Part shown: positions 23,190 through 35,619 of the stretch, in pieces
How the letters are laid out: every line of letters begins with the position of its first letter
How positions within the stretch are numbered: the stretch's first letter is position 1
NCBI GenBank assembly: GCA_964016885.1
Contig: OZ024741.1
Location: 409,696,001 to 409,760,000, forward strand
Reading direction: 5' to 3'
Length of the DNA stretch: 64,000 bases
Source of the DNA: Eledone cirrhosa
Taxonomy: Eukaryota
Notes under the pieces: generated by a model
Databases searched by the model: none
Told to the model about the DNA's origin: nothing
What the model saw: the letters and a program-made list of their open reading frames with translations, nothing else
Translations under genes and position numbers: made by a program

Positions 23190-25371
23190 TATTCATTAAA
23201 TAAATAAAATGTCTTAAATTTCTTAGATGCAAAAAAAGAAACAAAAAAGGTGGACCATAGCCATGCCAGATTTTCTGTTGGACCAACAGACATCACATAA
23301 TCATAATTCTAGAAGACTACAGCCATGATATTATTAACTTATTATTATACCTTCATGGCACACCTGTTAATTCTAGACTACAGCCATGATATTAACTTAT
23401 AATTACACCTTCATGGGACACCTGTTAATCCATTAGAAACATAAAAGTCAGAACCCCACTCCCCAACAGTCAACTATAATAATGATTTCTTTAACAACCA
23501 CAAAAGGATTCACATTAAGACAACATTAAGGATGGCACAAGACAATATTGTGTAGATTTCTTTGTACAAAAATATGAAAGCAAAAAAAAAAATGTAAAAT
23601 CAAAGCAAAAGAAAATTTCCTAATAGGGGGGAGAGTATGTCTGAGGGGCACTTGTGGAGAAAGCCTACAAAAAGCCATGACCACTCACCTAACTACTTAG
23701 GTAAGTGCCTCCTCCAATCTACTGGTGTATACTTAGAGTGGGCACATTCACTCTGACTATACTCACCTTTCAACAGCCTAAAGAAAGATGGTAGGACTAT
23801 CTTCATAACAGACTAGCTGACAACTGGAGTCATCATACATGTAACAGCAATTGTTTGACAGAGCTCCACAAGTCAACAATGCTCAGATACTGAACAGTTT
23901 CAAGGCCTGACTGACAGTACTTCCATGCCTGTAGAACTTATCTCAAACCAGCAATAATTCCATGTTATCAATGGCTCTGGGCTGAAAGATCTCCAAAAAG
24001 GAGCAGTTAATTGATTGTCTTTGATGCCCAGAGTTTTCCTTTCCTCTAATCCTCTACAGAACACGGAAGATACAGATGTTGAAAACAGAATCTAATGCTG
24101 TGTGCCATGCATTATCAACCTGCAGAATCCTCTCCTGCAATATAATTGTGAAAGGTATATATCTATTAACCCTTCCTCAGGGCCAGACTTTCACCTGCTG
24201 GAGCCCTAAGCTATATGAAATTTGAAGCCTTTCTCTAAAAAAATGTTTAATAATTATATATGATCATTTATAAATGATTATAAAATTAATATCATTTTTG
24301 ATGATTTAGTGTTAAAGAATAAAAACTAATGAAAAAATAAAAATATTTTTTTTAAAATGAGTCGCCCCATGTGTGAGTAGCCCTAAGTTATAGCTTAATT
24401 AGCTTATAGGTAAGTCCAGCTCTGGCTACACTGAGGCCACCGAGGGTATGTAGCCCTAAGTTATAGCTTACAGGTAAGTCCAGCACTGGCTACACTGAGA
24501 TCCCCAAGGGTGTGTGACCCTAAGTTACAGCTTATTTAGTTTATAGTCCAGTATTGTTCTTCTGCCTTCACACTAGGATACTATATTCTCTGCAATGATG
24601 ATACATTTTCTGTTAGCATACTTTTCAAAGTTACATCTTGAGAGAGGCTCTTTAGAAGGTTACCTCAGGGTACGCGTTTTAGTTGTAAGACGAGGGAAGG
24701 TGTTTTTACATTTGTAACTATACAAAGATATGTGATGATGGTTTGGGAGTGAAATATTTGTCTTATTCATAAGAGTCAACAAGAAAGTAATTATAAAAAT
24801 AAAGTATTTAGAGTTAATATTTTAAGTAGTCTGAAATAAACTAACTTTACAATCAACTATATGAGTTATACCACATAGAGTCCTCGTTGGTAGGGGTTGG
24901 CTGAAGTCTGGTGCCCAGTTTCAAAAGTAATGAAGGACTGAGTATACAAGACTCTCTCTCTTTCTCACTGAACGAGACACCAGTCCACCACAAGGTTCAA
25001 CCCCCAGCTATTGCTGGTACTCGTTTATTACAGTATAAAATGAAGTGCCATACTCAAAAGGCAAAAAATTGTACTCCTGACTTTATGACATGTCAAATAC
25101 CCAAACCACTCGACTACACACCTTTGAGGTTACTGTGTTTTATACTCCAATACACTGTGAATGTGATTGGTGTTCAGAAGGGCATCCAGCTGTAAAATCC
25201 CCAGCCAAATTTACAGTCCTGTTGGAGCAAGGTATGGTGTGGCCAATATTTTCCTAAATCTTGGTAATTTGTCTCTCATGTATGTATGTGTGTGTATGTA
25301 TTTAGGTGTGCATGTATGTATGTATGGTCACACTTGAGAGCTATAGGTAACATGTAACCCAGTACAACCAG

Positions 25372-25850
25372 TTTCAAGCCTCCTTGAAAGACGCTAACAT
25401 CTCTGCTGATAAATGGGAAAGTGTAGCTGCTGATCGTAATAAATGGAGAAAGACTGTATGTACATGAGGAGAAAGTTGCCTTTGAGACATCTTGAATCGC
25501 ATACAAGAAAGTAAAGAGGGATGTGAGGAAGGGCATTACTGTTGCATTTCCAGACGGTGGAGGTCCTCCTCTGTGCGAGACTCTGTCTCAGCAAAGCTGA
25601 ACTCGAAAGTCATCTTCGCAGTCATAAAGTAAGACCAGTGGTTGACTACCAGGCTGCTGTTGGAGATGCTACTCATCATGCCTGTCAAGCATGTGGAAAA
25701 GAGTGTAGATCAGCAGGAGGGCTCAAATAACATGCAAAAAAACATAACCAACCAACCACAGCCGGCTATTGCCAGTGAATGTTTTTATCATGGTTGCCAA
25801 CTCTGTGCAAGACAGTTTAGAATGTGGCTAAAAAGCCACATTCGATTGTA
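25372..25850 (+). mobile_element. RTE (BovB-like) LINE 3' fragment with C2H2 zinc fingers, degenerate
   Basis: WESVAADRNKWRKTV; CARLCLSKAELESHLRSH; CQACGKECRSAGGLK*H; CQLCARQF..LKSHIR. Confidence 0.65.
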
Positions 25851-27109
25851 GCACCGTTAATTATTAATATATATATATGTTAGATAATTCCGATGGAAAA
25901 GTAAAGGAAAAAAGAGTGCTCTATGTATAGAACAGAGCTATTTAATTAGTAAGCGAACAACACAAAATATAACTACTCTATTACCAAAGGTTTCTGGATC
26001 ACAGACGATAATAATATATGTTTGGATCGGTCGTCAGACAGAGATGTTATAGATAAAAGATATGAAAAAACATATCTTTTTTCAGATCTTTATATTTTGT
26101 GTTGTTCACTTTCTAATTAAATATATATATATATTTTTTTTATCATGTGATGGCCATACTCGATAACAAGGGGGCAGTCATCTTGTATATATGTAGGAGT
26201 GTATGTATGTATATATGTGTGTATATATGAATGTATGTGTGTGTGTGTACATATGTATGTATATATGTGCATATGGATTTTTAAAAAAAATTTGAAACAG
26301 AAAAATCAATGCAACCTACATTTTGTACTAATTCCTGACTATCACTTGTGTATTTATTTTTATAGTAAAATATAGCAATAACTGGGTCAGCAGTGTTATA
26401 ACTGGCCACACCCTACCTCACCTCATCTCACTTCTGGTTCGGTGGGCATATACCCTCGGACGTTAAGGCTTCTTCTGTGTATTTAAGTTTGAGGATCATG
26501 TGTTAATAAACAACAATACTTCAGGGTTTATATAGCTTAGAGCAGGCATGGGCACCCTTTATCGAGCACCAACTCATATAGGATGTGGCTCATCATATGA
26601 GAGGCCACACTACTAAAAAAAATACAAGGTCATTTTTTAAATTAGGCGTGCCATTCAAAAATCCAAACGGGCTGCAGTTTACCTATGACTGTTCTATAGT
26701 TTAGAGACTCGTTAAATCTAAATAAGGTAGAATACATTGGTTGTTTCAGCACCTTAGCCTCACCATCACCTGTGGGGCTTGCCTCAAAGTGTTTATGATG
26801 TGATGTGTGGCTGATTGTCATACTTGGTGGTGAATTGATGGTTGTTTTTGACCCCACCCCTATTTTTTCTCTCTTTCGTGTGTTTATATTTGTATTTTTC
26901 CACAACATTATATTTGTAATGTTATTCTGAACGAATTGCAAACCTTTTCTGTTATTTACACATTTGTAATATTTTAATTCACTAACTTTATATATTTAGT
27001 CTGGCATGACTCTGGAAGCAAGGGTGTAGGAAAACTAGTGATCTACCCTCGGGTATATAGAAACTCAAATAGATGGGTAAAACACAAACTGACAACAATA
27101 ATAATAATA

Positions 27110-27318
27110 ATTTCTAGTATAGGCACAAGGCCAGTAATTTGGGGGGAGGGGAAAGTCGATTAAATCGACCCAGTACGTTACTGGTACTTTATTTTATTGA
27201 CTCCGTAAGGATGAAAGGCAAAGTTAACCTCGGCGGGATTTGAACTCAAAACGTAAAGGGCCGTAACTCTATGCTGCAAAGCATGTTGTCCGACGCTCTA
27301 CCGATACTGGCAATCCAA
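27110..27318 (-). mobile_element. tRNA-derived SINE (family A)
   Basis: full head, core and tail in reverse orientation. Confidence 0.85.
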
Positions 27319-27501
27319 TAATAATGAGGAAGGGTAGGAGGATTAAATGATGGTACGAAATGTCAACTTGGACCTGGGAAAAATAAAATTACCAAAATAT
27401 CATTGGTGGGTTTAAAACTAACCCACGAGTCCCATAAAGATATGAAAATATTTACCTCGATATGAAAAGAAATGGGAAAATTTAAATTAATGTAGAAATA
27501 T

Positions 27502-28896
27502 TTAAATTGCAACGTTCTTTTTTAACATACTCCTTCCGAGAAAATAAAGTTCTATTTCTTCGAGTGATTTACCTTTAGTCTCAGGTAAGACAAGCCACAC
27601 GAAAAAAACCCCTACAAACGAAAGAATCGAAAACAACCAAAATGTTTCTGCTGGTCCGAAAACTTCTTTAAGTGTGATGAATTCTTTGGTGACTATAAAG
27701 GCGAAAAACCAACTAAAGAATATTGAGAGGGCACTGGCTTTGCCTCGGGCATGAGATGGGAAAATTTCTGACATTACTAACATAGGAATGGGGCCCCATC
27801 CGATTGAAAAACTCGCAATAAACACAACCAAACTTGCCAGAGGAAGAGTTTTCAAGTTATTCAACAACACGGAGTTGTGCTCTTTCAAGGCGTAGTAAGA
27901 TCCGAGTGTAAAACAAGAAAAACTTAAAACTATTCCGCCAACTATTAATAATTTCCGACGTCCAACACGATCCATTATCTGAGAGACAAGGAAAGTAAAC
28001 AAGATTTGAGTGGCCCCGATAACAACACTGGCCATATGACTCTCTTTTTCATAACCAGACTCTTTAAATATAGGGACGGCATAGAGGATGATTGCGTTGA
28101 TCCCAGTCAGCTGTTGTAAAATCATGAGACTTATAGAAATAAAGATCGGTCTGGAAAGTTCGGGTTTATTCCACATTTCAAAGTAGGAAACTTCTTGTAG
28201 GTCCAAGCCTTCTTCAATTTCACGAATTTCGTCTTCAACGTCGAAATGTGCCACACGTAATCTACCCAGTGCCTGGATGGCCTCTGTACGGCGGTTCTTT
28301 AATAGTAACCAGCGGGGTGTCTCTGGCATTGAATATGTGAGGAATAACGCAAAAACAGGAACGAAAAGTCCAAATTTAGCCATTTGTATATAATCAAAAT
28401 ACATGCCTAAGATGTAGGCCGCAAAAATTCCAATTGTAATACTGAGCTGAATACAAGATCCGAGCATGCCTCGTAAAGATTTAGTGGAAATTTCAGCTAT
28501 ATATATAGGTGATACCACACATGTCATTCCAATAGCTATACCACTAAAAATACGGCTAATATAAAACATGGGAATGTTATAAGTGGCAATGATGAGAAAC
28601 CAACCGGTAATCAAAGGAATCGATATGAAATTCATTGTATATTTACGTCCGTATTTTTCAACAAACCAACCAGCTATGGGTCCACCCAACATAGCTCCTA
28701 TTGTTACCATAGACCCAAACCAGGCAGCTTCTTGCGAATGGAAGAACTCATTTTTCAGTAATTCAGCAATGGCAGGAGAACTGTATCCTAGGATATAACC
28801 AAAGGAGAAAGGTCCGATGAATGCAGCCAGACAAGCAGTAATAAACTGCTTAGATAAGGACGGCATTGGTTTACTTATTAAGCGTTCAACCACCAT
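27502..28896 (-). CDS. SLC2A8: class III facilitative sugar porter (GLUT8/SLC2A8- or TRET1-like MFS transporter), 464 aa, uninterrupted ORF
   Basis: ~12 hydrophobic segments; YGRK, YIAEIS..LRGMLGS, PETPRWL, QQLTGINA, DRVGRR, GWGPIPMLVMSEIFP, PETKGKSLEEI motifs. Family assignment is firm; exact orthology (SLC2A8 vs SLC2A6/TRET1) is not. Confidence 0.9.
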   Translation of the reverse strand: MVVERLISKPMPSLSKQFITACLAAFIGPFSFGYILGYSSPAIAELLKNEFFHSQEAAWFGSMVTIGAMLGGPIAGWFVEKYGRKYTMNFISIPLITGWFLIIATYNIPMFYISRIFSGIAIGMTCVVSPIYIAEISTKSLRGMLGSCIQLSITIGIFAAYILGMYFDYIQMAKFGLFVPVFALFLTYSMPETPRWLLLKNRRTEAIQALGRLRVAHFDVEDEIREIEEGLDLQEVSYFEMWNKPELSRPIFISISLMILQQLTGINAIILYAVPIFKESGYEKESHMASVVIGATQILFTFLVSQIMDRVGRRKLLIVGGIVLSFSCFTLGSYYALKEHNSVLLNNLKTLPLASLVVFIASFSIGWGPIPMLVMSEIFPSHARGKASALSIFFSWFFAFIVTKEFITLKEVFGPAETFWLFSILSFVGVFFVWLVLPETKGKSLEEIELYFLGRSMLKKNVAI

Positions 28897-29191
28897 AATT
28901 TCTCCGTTACTGTTAACCTCAATAAACGAGGGTCGCTTCTATCAATGAAAACATATATTTCTTCTTCTTAAAGTGAAAGTTAAAATAATAATTACATACA
29001 CACTCAGAAATTAAAGAAATATGATATTTTAATTAATTTGAATATCTGAAAATATACTTACAAAAATAAAATAATATTTTAAAGTAATTCTTTCGATAGA
29101 AATTAAATTATAAAAACTGAATGTAAACATAAGAGACACGTGGAGAAGAAGGTGTGTTTTATCAACAGCTCATTAGTAAATATATTAATTT

Positions 29192-29358
29192 AGGGTCGGG
29201 CGTCATGCTTTGACGCATAGAATTACGGCCCTTTCCATTCTGAGTTCAATTCCCGCCGAGGTTAACTTTGCCTTTCATCCTTACGGGGTCGATAAAATAA
29301 AGTACCAGTAATACACTGGGATAATTGCTGGCCTTGTGCCTAAAGTAGAAACAATTAA
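29192..29358 (+). mobile_element. tRNA-derived SINE (family A)
   Basis: B-box, core and tail as in other copies. Confidence 0.85.
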
Positions 29359-30821
29359 TTGACAGGTAATATTTAATTTAAAAAATACATATATAGATAC
29401 GATACATCGCAAATAAACACTGTCTTGTTTTGTTTTTTTAATGAAAACCCTCGATATTTTTCTATGACATCGTAACAGAAGAAGTGATATTTCTCTATAA
29501 CTCTATTACAGCCGAGAGGCCGTGTAAACAGTTTATGTTGGATTCAGAAATAAGTAATTTTTATTACCTCGCCCTCAAACCCCATAATGACCCGGGGGGG
29601 GGGGGTAGACTAGGGCTATAACACCCCACTTGCCGATTTTGCAATGGGTAACCCCTGCTTGCCAACGGAGACGTAAGATCTTCTTTTTATTCTTTTATCG
29701 CTTCCTTTATTTCCTTCCCCCCATCCCTCCTTAGTCCTTCTACCCCAGCTCTTCTTCTTTGTCGGCGTCTTTTCTCGCCCACCCGAGGCTGCCCTTTGGC
29801 CCCTTGTAGCCTTAGTACCCCCCCCCCCCCCCTAGTCTATGATAGCTTTGGCGGACTCCGCTTTTTATAGCAGTTGGTTTAGACCCCGGATACTTGCCCC
29901 CTTTTTCCGACCGCTCCCACTATTTTCCGTGCCTTCTATATTTCTTAGTGGCACTTATGCCTTATTTTCTCGTTTCAGTATTTCTTTCTTCGCTTTACTT
30001 TTGGGCGGGGTGGATTCTGAATTTATTTTTCCGTATTCTACCTTTACTTCGTACGAACTTTCATGTAGCTTGTTTAAGATCTTTTAGAGTTAGCATTAGT
30101 ATATATTTTTTTCGGGACTCAGAATTATTATCTCGTACTAGTTTACTTTGCTGCACTGGGTGGTTGCTGGCATTGTGGCCGGGATAGAAACCTTTATTAT
30201 TTATTTCGTGGTAGTCTCTTTAGTATTTTGGCCCCATTTGTTGACCCGTCACCGTATGATTTACGTACTTATACCTCTTAAAAGGGTCCTCGCCTATTCC
30301 GTCCCACCTAGTTCATTTACTTATTTCGTTATTTATTTATTTATTTCTTTACTTTTTTCTTTCTTTCTTTATTTATTTATCTAGCCTAACAATAGCTAGA
30401 GACTTAGGTCGTAGAACTTGCTTTACTTTTTTCTTTACACTTATTCGCTTTTCTTCACTCTCAGTATTTTTTCTTTCATATATATTTTTACTCCTCATTG
30501 TTCTACCTACCGTTCCGACTTCCTCCCCCTCCCCCTCCCCAGTATCTTCTTTGACCTCATGCCCAGCTGTAGCTGGCACTACCAACGCTTGATTGGGTCT
30601 ACTCCACCCCCTCCCCTCTTTCTCCTACTGGCAGGTTTAGCCACTATCTCCCCTACTAATTTGCAATCACAGAATTACTACTGACTTTTGACAATCACTT
30701 TGACCATATATGGAATTACCCCTTGAGAAGATCGGCTATTTAAATACCAGGATAAATTTTCATTTAGTCCAGAATTAGCCGTCGAAACGGCTTGAGCTCA
30801 GCCGTCGAGGTCTTACTGGTT

Positions 30822-30879
<58 letters not shown>

Positions 30880-31158
30880 ACAAGGCATCATTCCTTGTTC
30901 AGCCTGGAAATAAAACGAAAGTGAACTTTAAAAATAATAATAATAATAAATATATAGACAGGACAAAGAGAGAGAGGAGAAAAACAGGATAAATTCACTA
31001 TTATACACACGCTTGGCCCATATATATACACAGATATATACACACATGATGAAGGACTAGCGTCCGAAACGTTAAGACCCTCTTCCTGCTATATCAAGCG
31101 TAAACCTAATATATACCTTTCATATACTGTACCGATTGTGTGGTTATTTCTGTTTACC

Positions 31159-31238
<80 letters not shown>

Positions 31239-31533
31239 TTCAAGAGTAACCAATCTTAAAGAGAGAGATGGAGATAGGAGAGGAGAAGAGAGATTGGTGA
31301 ATTAGTTAGAAGCCAAAGCGTAAAGGCATGTGTTCAATGTGCAATATGCAGTAGAAAGCAGCTAGGTGGCTGGGTTCATGCAGAGGTTAGGTGCACAGAG
31401 CTGGAAATATTCATTAGTTAAGCAAAACAAGACCACAAATTTCACAAGGAAGACATTATTTAAATATTGTCAACATATTTGTAGTTTAATGTAAGGAATG
31501 TAAAGAATAAGAATAATAATACTAATAATGTCC

Positions 31534-31652
31534 GTTTACAATTGTTTCGCTACTCCATATAATGTTTCTGGACCAAATGATTATAGATCATTATTGATCT
31601 GGTTCAGATGAAGATAATTAACTTAGGTAAAAATGGAGCAGTTCATCGGAAC
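31534..31652 (-). ncRNA. hammerhead ribozyme variant with long stem II insertion in PLE pLTR (paralog at 62074-62192, minus)
   Basis: GUU-CCGAUGA-(A/G)CUGCUCCA...UGGAGUAGC-GAAA-CAAUUG-UA-AAC. Confidence 0.6.
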
Positions 31653-33094
31653 TTCAAAAGGAATATAAATTAAGGTAAAGAAAGATGGTTACATGAATGT
31701 AATGTTCCATATATTGGTATTTCACTATGGTGCCCTGGGTCGATCTATTGTCTGCCATAGGCGAGCAATATTCTTCTGTCGAGGCTGCATTATGCGAGAT
31801 CTGCCTATGAGTAACAAGATGGCCGCCAAAGGACATATTTATCTTACTAATTAGAGGCTGGTTTCAGGGGAAGTATCTTAACAATAACTTATATTACCCT
31901 TATCATAAACCAGGTGAAATACTTACATATATTAGCCCACACTCTAACCACCCACCGGCAGTCAACAGAGCAGTCATCAAATCTATCTCGTATAGGATCT
32001 CCATGCTATCTGTAAATGAGGAGATATTTATAAACCATGCGGCATATTATAATAAGGCTCTTTCTGAATCTGGTTATGAACAGTCCATTTACTACATACC
32101 TAAATGCCATAACACAGCACTTCACCACAACCATAATAAACTTAACACTAGAACTAGAAATACTTTAGCATGTAGCCAGATACGCCGGAATTTTAGCAGT
32201 AACAGCACCTATACAGGGAACCTTAATGGTGGCAGAGGCCTACTTCCCAACTTCCTAAAAATCAACCCTAGAATAGGAATGAGCAATGGGATGACAAATA
32301 ACAAATCCCCAGGTAATAATAACCCTAGGAAGGCCCTACCAACTCCACTAGAACCCCTAGAAGGAATAAACCTAGAAAAATCACCTGGCTTAACCCCCCA
32401 ATTCTCATCTAATTTAGCCACTAATATCCCTAAACGCTTCTTCTCTATCCTATCTACCCCCCCCCCCCGAACTATAGATATTAAAAACTCTTTAATAAAA
32501 AAAAAATTAAAATCTTATTCTCCACAACACCTAACCTAGCTAGACACATCGCATTCAGAAACCATCATAAACTAAGACAGTATAACTCCCACACCGCGGT
32601 ACCACCACCCCTATCAAATACACCACGCCACTACACCAATACTTACTCTAGTAGCATACCTCCCCCCTCCAATCCTATTAGTACACACCAGCCGCATAGA
32701 TTAAACAACCCTACTCTCACTAACCGCAGAAGTAACTGCAACTGCCGTTACCCTAATGCATGCCCACTAAACGGACAATGCCTTACACCCAATATAGTTT
32801 ATAGGTGCACAGTTAAAACAGCATCGCATGACAGCTCCTATATTGGCTCTACCTCTAACCCTTTTAAGGTACGCTATAACGCGCACTCATTTTCCTTCCG
32901 AGGCCCTAGCAATAGATATTCGACATCTCTAGCTAGGCTCATTAAAAACCTTAAATTAACCAACATTGAACACTCACTAACATGGGATATCTTGGCTAGG
33001 GCCCAACCGTTCAATGGTTGATCACAAGAAACTCTTGTGATCTCTGTCTTACCGAAGCCTATTACATAACTCTATCACGACCTCTATCGATTAA

Positions 33095-33278
33095 TTGTTT
33101 CTACTTTAGGCACAAGGCCAGCAATTACCCAGTGCATTACTGGTACTTTATTTTATCGACCCCGTAAGGATGAAAGGCAAAGTCAACCTCGGCGGGATTT
33201 GAACTCAGATCGTAAAGGGACGTAACTATGCTGGAAAGCATGGCGTCCGACCCTCTACCGATACTGCCAATCCACCGC
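33095..33278 (-). mobile_element. tRNA-derived SINE (family A) inserted in PLE endonuclease region
   Basis: full copy flanked by TSD ctctatcgattaat. Confidence 0.9.
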
Positions 33279-33611
33279 CTCTATCGATTAATGATAGAGC
33301 GGAGGTAGCTATTAGCTGTCAACATCGAAAGGCTAATTCCTTCGCCAACAGAATATTTGATCCAACATAGTCATCTAATCCCACTTTTATTTATAGCTAA
33401 CATGTTAAATAGTTATAGCTAACTTAGATAATTATAAGTTACCTCCCTTACATTGTCTCTCGCTTAAACTCATTACCACTTCTTAACTATAAACCACCTA
33501 CAATTTCTAATTTCCTCGAGGAGTTACTTCCCCTGAAACCAGCCTCTAATTAGTAAGATAAATATGTCCTTTGGCGGCCATCTTGTTACCCATAGGCAGA
33601 TCTCGCACTAA

Positions 33612-33642
<31 letters not shown>

Positions 33643-33814
33643 TCCTCACTTTTCGTTGCTTCACCATTTTTGTTTGTTTACACTCGTGTCCCCTTTATTT
33701 ACGTGTCCCAACGACTTTTTTTAGCCGTTGCTCGCACCAACCGGAGGTATATGGTCTTTAAAGCGATGAAATACCAATGATGGTTGGAAGATCACTGATG
33801 AAGGACTAACTTTA

Positions 33815-33861
<47 letters not shown>

Positions 33862-34593
33862 ATTGATTACAGGTTAAAATATAATCTAGATAGATGAGAA
33901 ACAAAATGTAGTTTATGGAACACCCAAATGATTTAGAAGTCGACCTTAAGTAGGAGCAATAACATTATGAAAGTTATGAATGACACCACATCATTTTGTT
34001 TTGCAAGAGCCAACAGTAACATTGCAGGGCCAACTGTAGTATTTTAGAGGGCAATGCTTAGCTTTCAAAAAATACCTGAAGTCTAAGAGAAAGAAGAAAA
34101 TTTTTTAAAATAAATAAAACAATTAAGCAAAGTATTTGGTCAACCAATTCCCCAGGGAATTAATAGAAACCAAAATATATGATAGTGCAAGTAGCTGGAA
34201 TCAGTGGTTGTACATTCTACTAAATCTAAAACTTACTGTATTCATTCATGCATGCAAACAGACATATATAGACATATACACAAAAGCATATCTATCTAAT
34301 CTCTCTTTACGGCCGATTTGTCGATTTAAGAAATGTAAGCAAAACACTTGTCTTTCCATTTTTCGTAGTCCATTTGATGACCAGTGTCATTTAAACTTTT
34401 ATTTATGCCCGTTTAGAATCTAATCTCTCTTTTTTTTCTCGGATTTTCAATTAATATTTCACGTTTTTAATAATATGCCTCATTCTGTTTGGACTCTTCC
34501 TAAAAACTAACCTTCTAAAGTTACCCATTTCCCACTCTGCCACCCCCCGCACACCACCATTGCTATTTGGTCCAATCATAACACAGCGGTTTA

Positions 34594-34655
34594 AATAGGT
34601 CTTATGCTGACCTCAGAAATAATTTTATTTGTTCATTGAATAAAACCAACAAAGA

Positions 34656-34726
<71 letters not shown>

Positions 34727-35610
34727 ATGTGTATATATGTGTATATATATATATATATATATAAGTGTATATATATATATTATTTTTATATTCTTTTAAT
34801 TTCCCCTCATCTTTAACAGCACTTTTCAACTGCATCTAACTCTTATTTATCATATCTATATGTATTAATATAATTTTATCAATATAAATATACCCATCAA
34901 TTAAATTAATTTATATTCTTTTCATAGATGTATTTTTTTCACTAACATTCTTATCGTAAAACTTTAGTCACCTTAGATATTTGTATTGGCATTACTATTT
35001 TATAACAGCAACTGCTTGTATACCTTTTACTGACTACCTGACCTATTTTCACCCCTAAAATTAGCTTCAATTACTACTATTTTACCATTTGACCAATTAT
35101 TAACTTTCTATTGGTTAATTCTAAACCTCTTACCAAACAGACAGAATATATTAGATCTTTGTTGGTTTTATTCAATGAACAAATAAAATTATTTCTGAGG
35201 TCAGCATAAGACCTATTTCTTCCCTAAAATAATCCTTCATTCATAATATTCTTTTCCATCCAAAACTGAAATCTACCTTCCTCTACCCATAATTTAAGGT
35301 TCTTCTACTACTATATTACTATCTTGACCCTCACTATCTCTCTATTGGTCAATTCAAAACCTGTTCCCAAACAGACCTATTGTATTGAATCTTTGTTTTT
35401 TTTTTCAATAAACAAAAATCATTATTTCTGAAGACAGCATATATATGTGTAGGTATGTATATTCCCTCTGATAGTTTGTATAAATATTCTATAGAATATG
35501 CATACCAACTCTAACACATATATATCCTAGAAACAATCGTAAAATGATGAATTTGTTTAATATAAGGAACTGTTTCTTTGTTTATTCATTATTTTATTAA
35601 TTTATATATA
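34594..35610. repeat. partial copy of AT-rich foldback element; inverted duplicate of 44366-45385
   Basis: near-identical reverse complement including internal (TA)/(TG) tract; 34594-34658 is also inverted relative to 35155-35217. Confidence 0.85.
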
Positions 35611-35619
35611 TATATATAT

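Larger units (their letters stand above)
31236..33607 (+). mobile_element. Penelope-like element, 5'-truncated, with upstream inverted pLTR
   Basis: 31236-31875 is an inverted pLTR (31785-31875 = revcomp of 33525-33607). RT thumb PYHKPGE..YI..SNHPP..RISMLS..EEIF..YNKALSESGY; linker CNCRYPNACPLNGQCL; GIY-YIG IVYRC...SYIGST..FKVRYNAH; frameshifted. Confidence 0.88.

Noticed and set aside
24180-24560. Possible hAT-type MITE with triplicated 3' end
   Set aside because: Termini and TSD could not be defined confidently by eye; ordinary repeat debris
25542-25851. Host C2H2 zinc-finger gene
   Set aside because: The fingers directly follow an RTE C-terminal motif (DRNKWRK) and contain stops and frameshifts; this is a LINE 3' end
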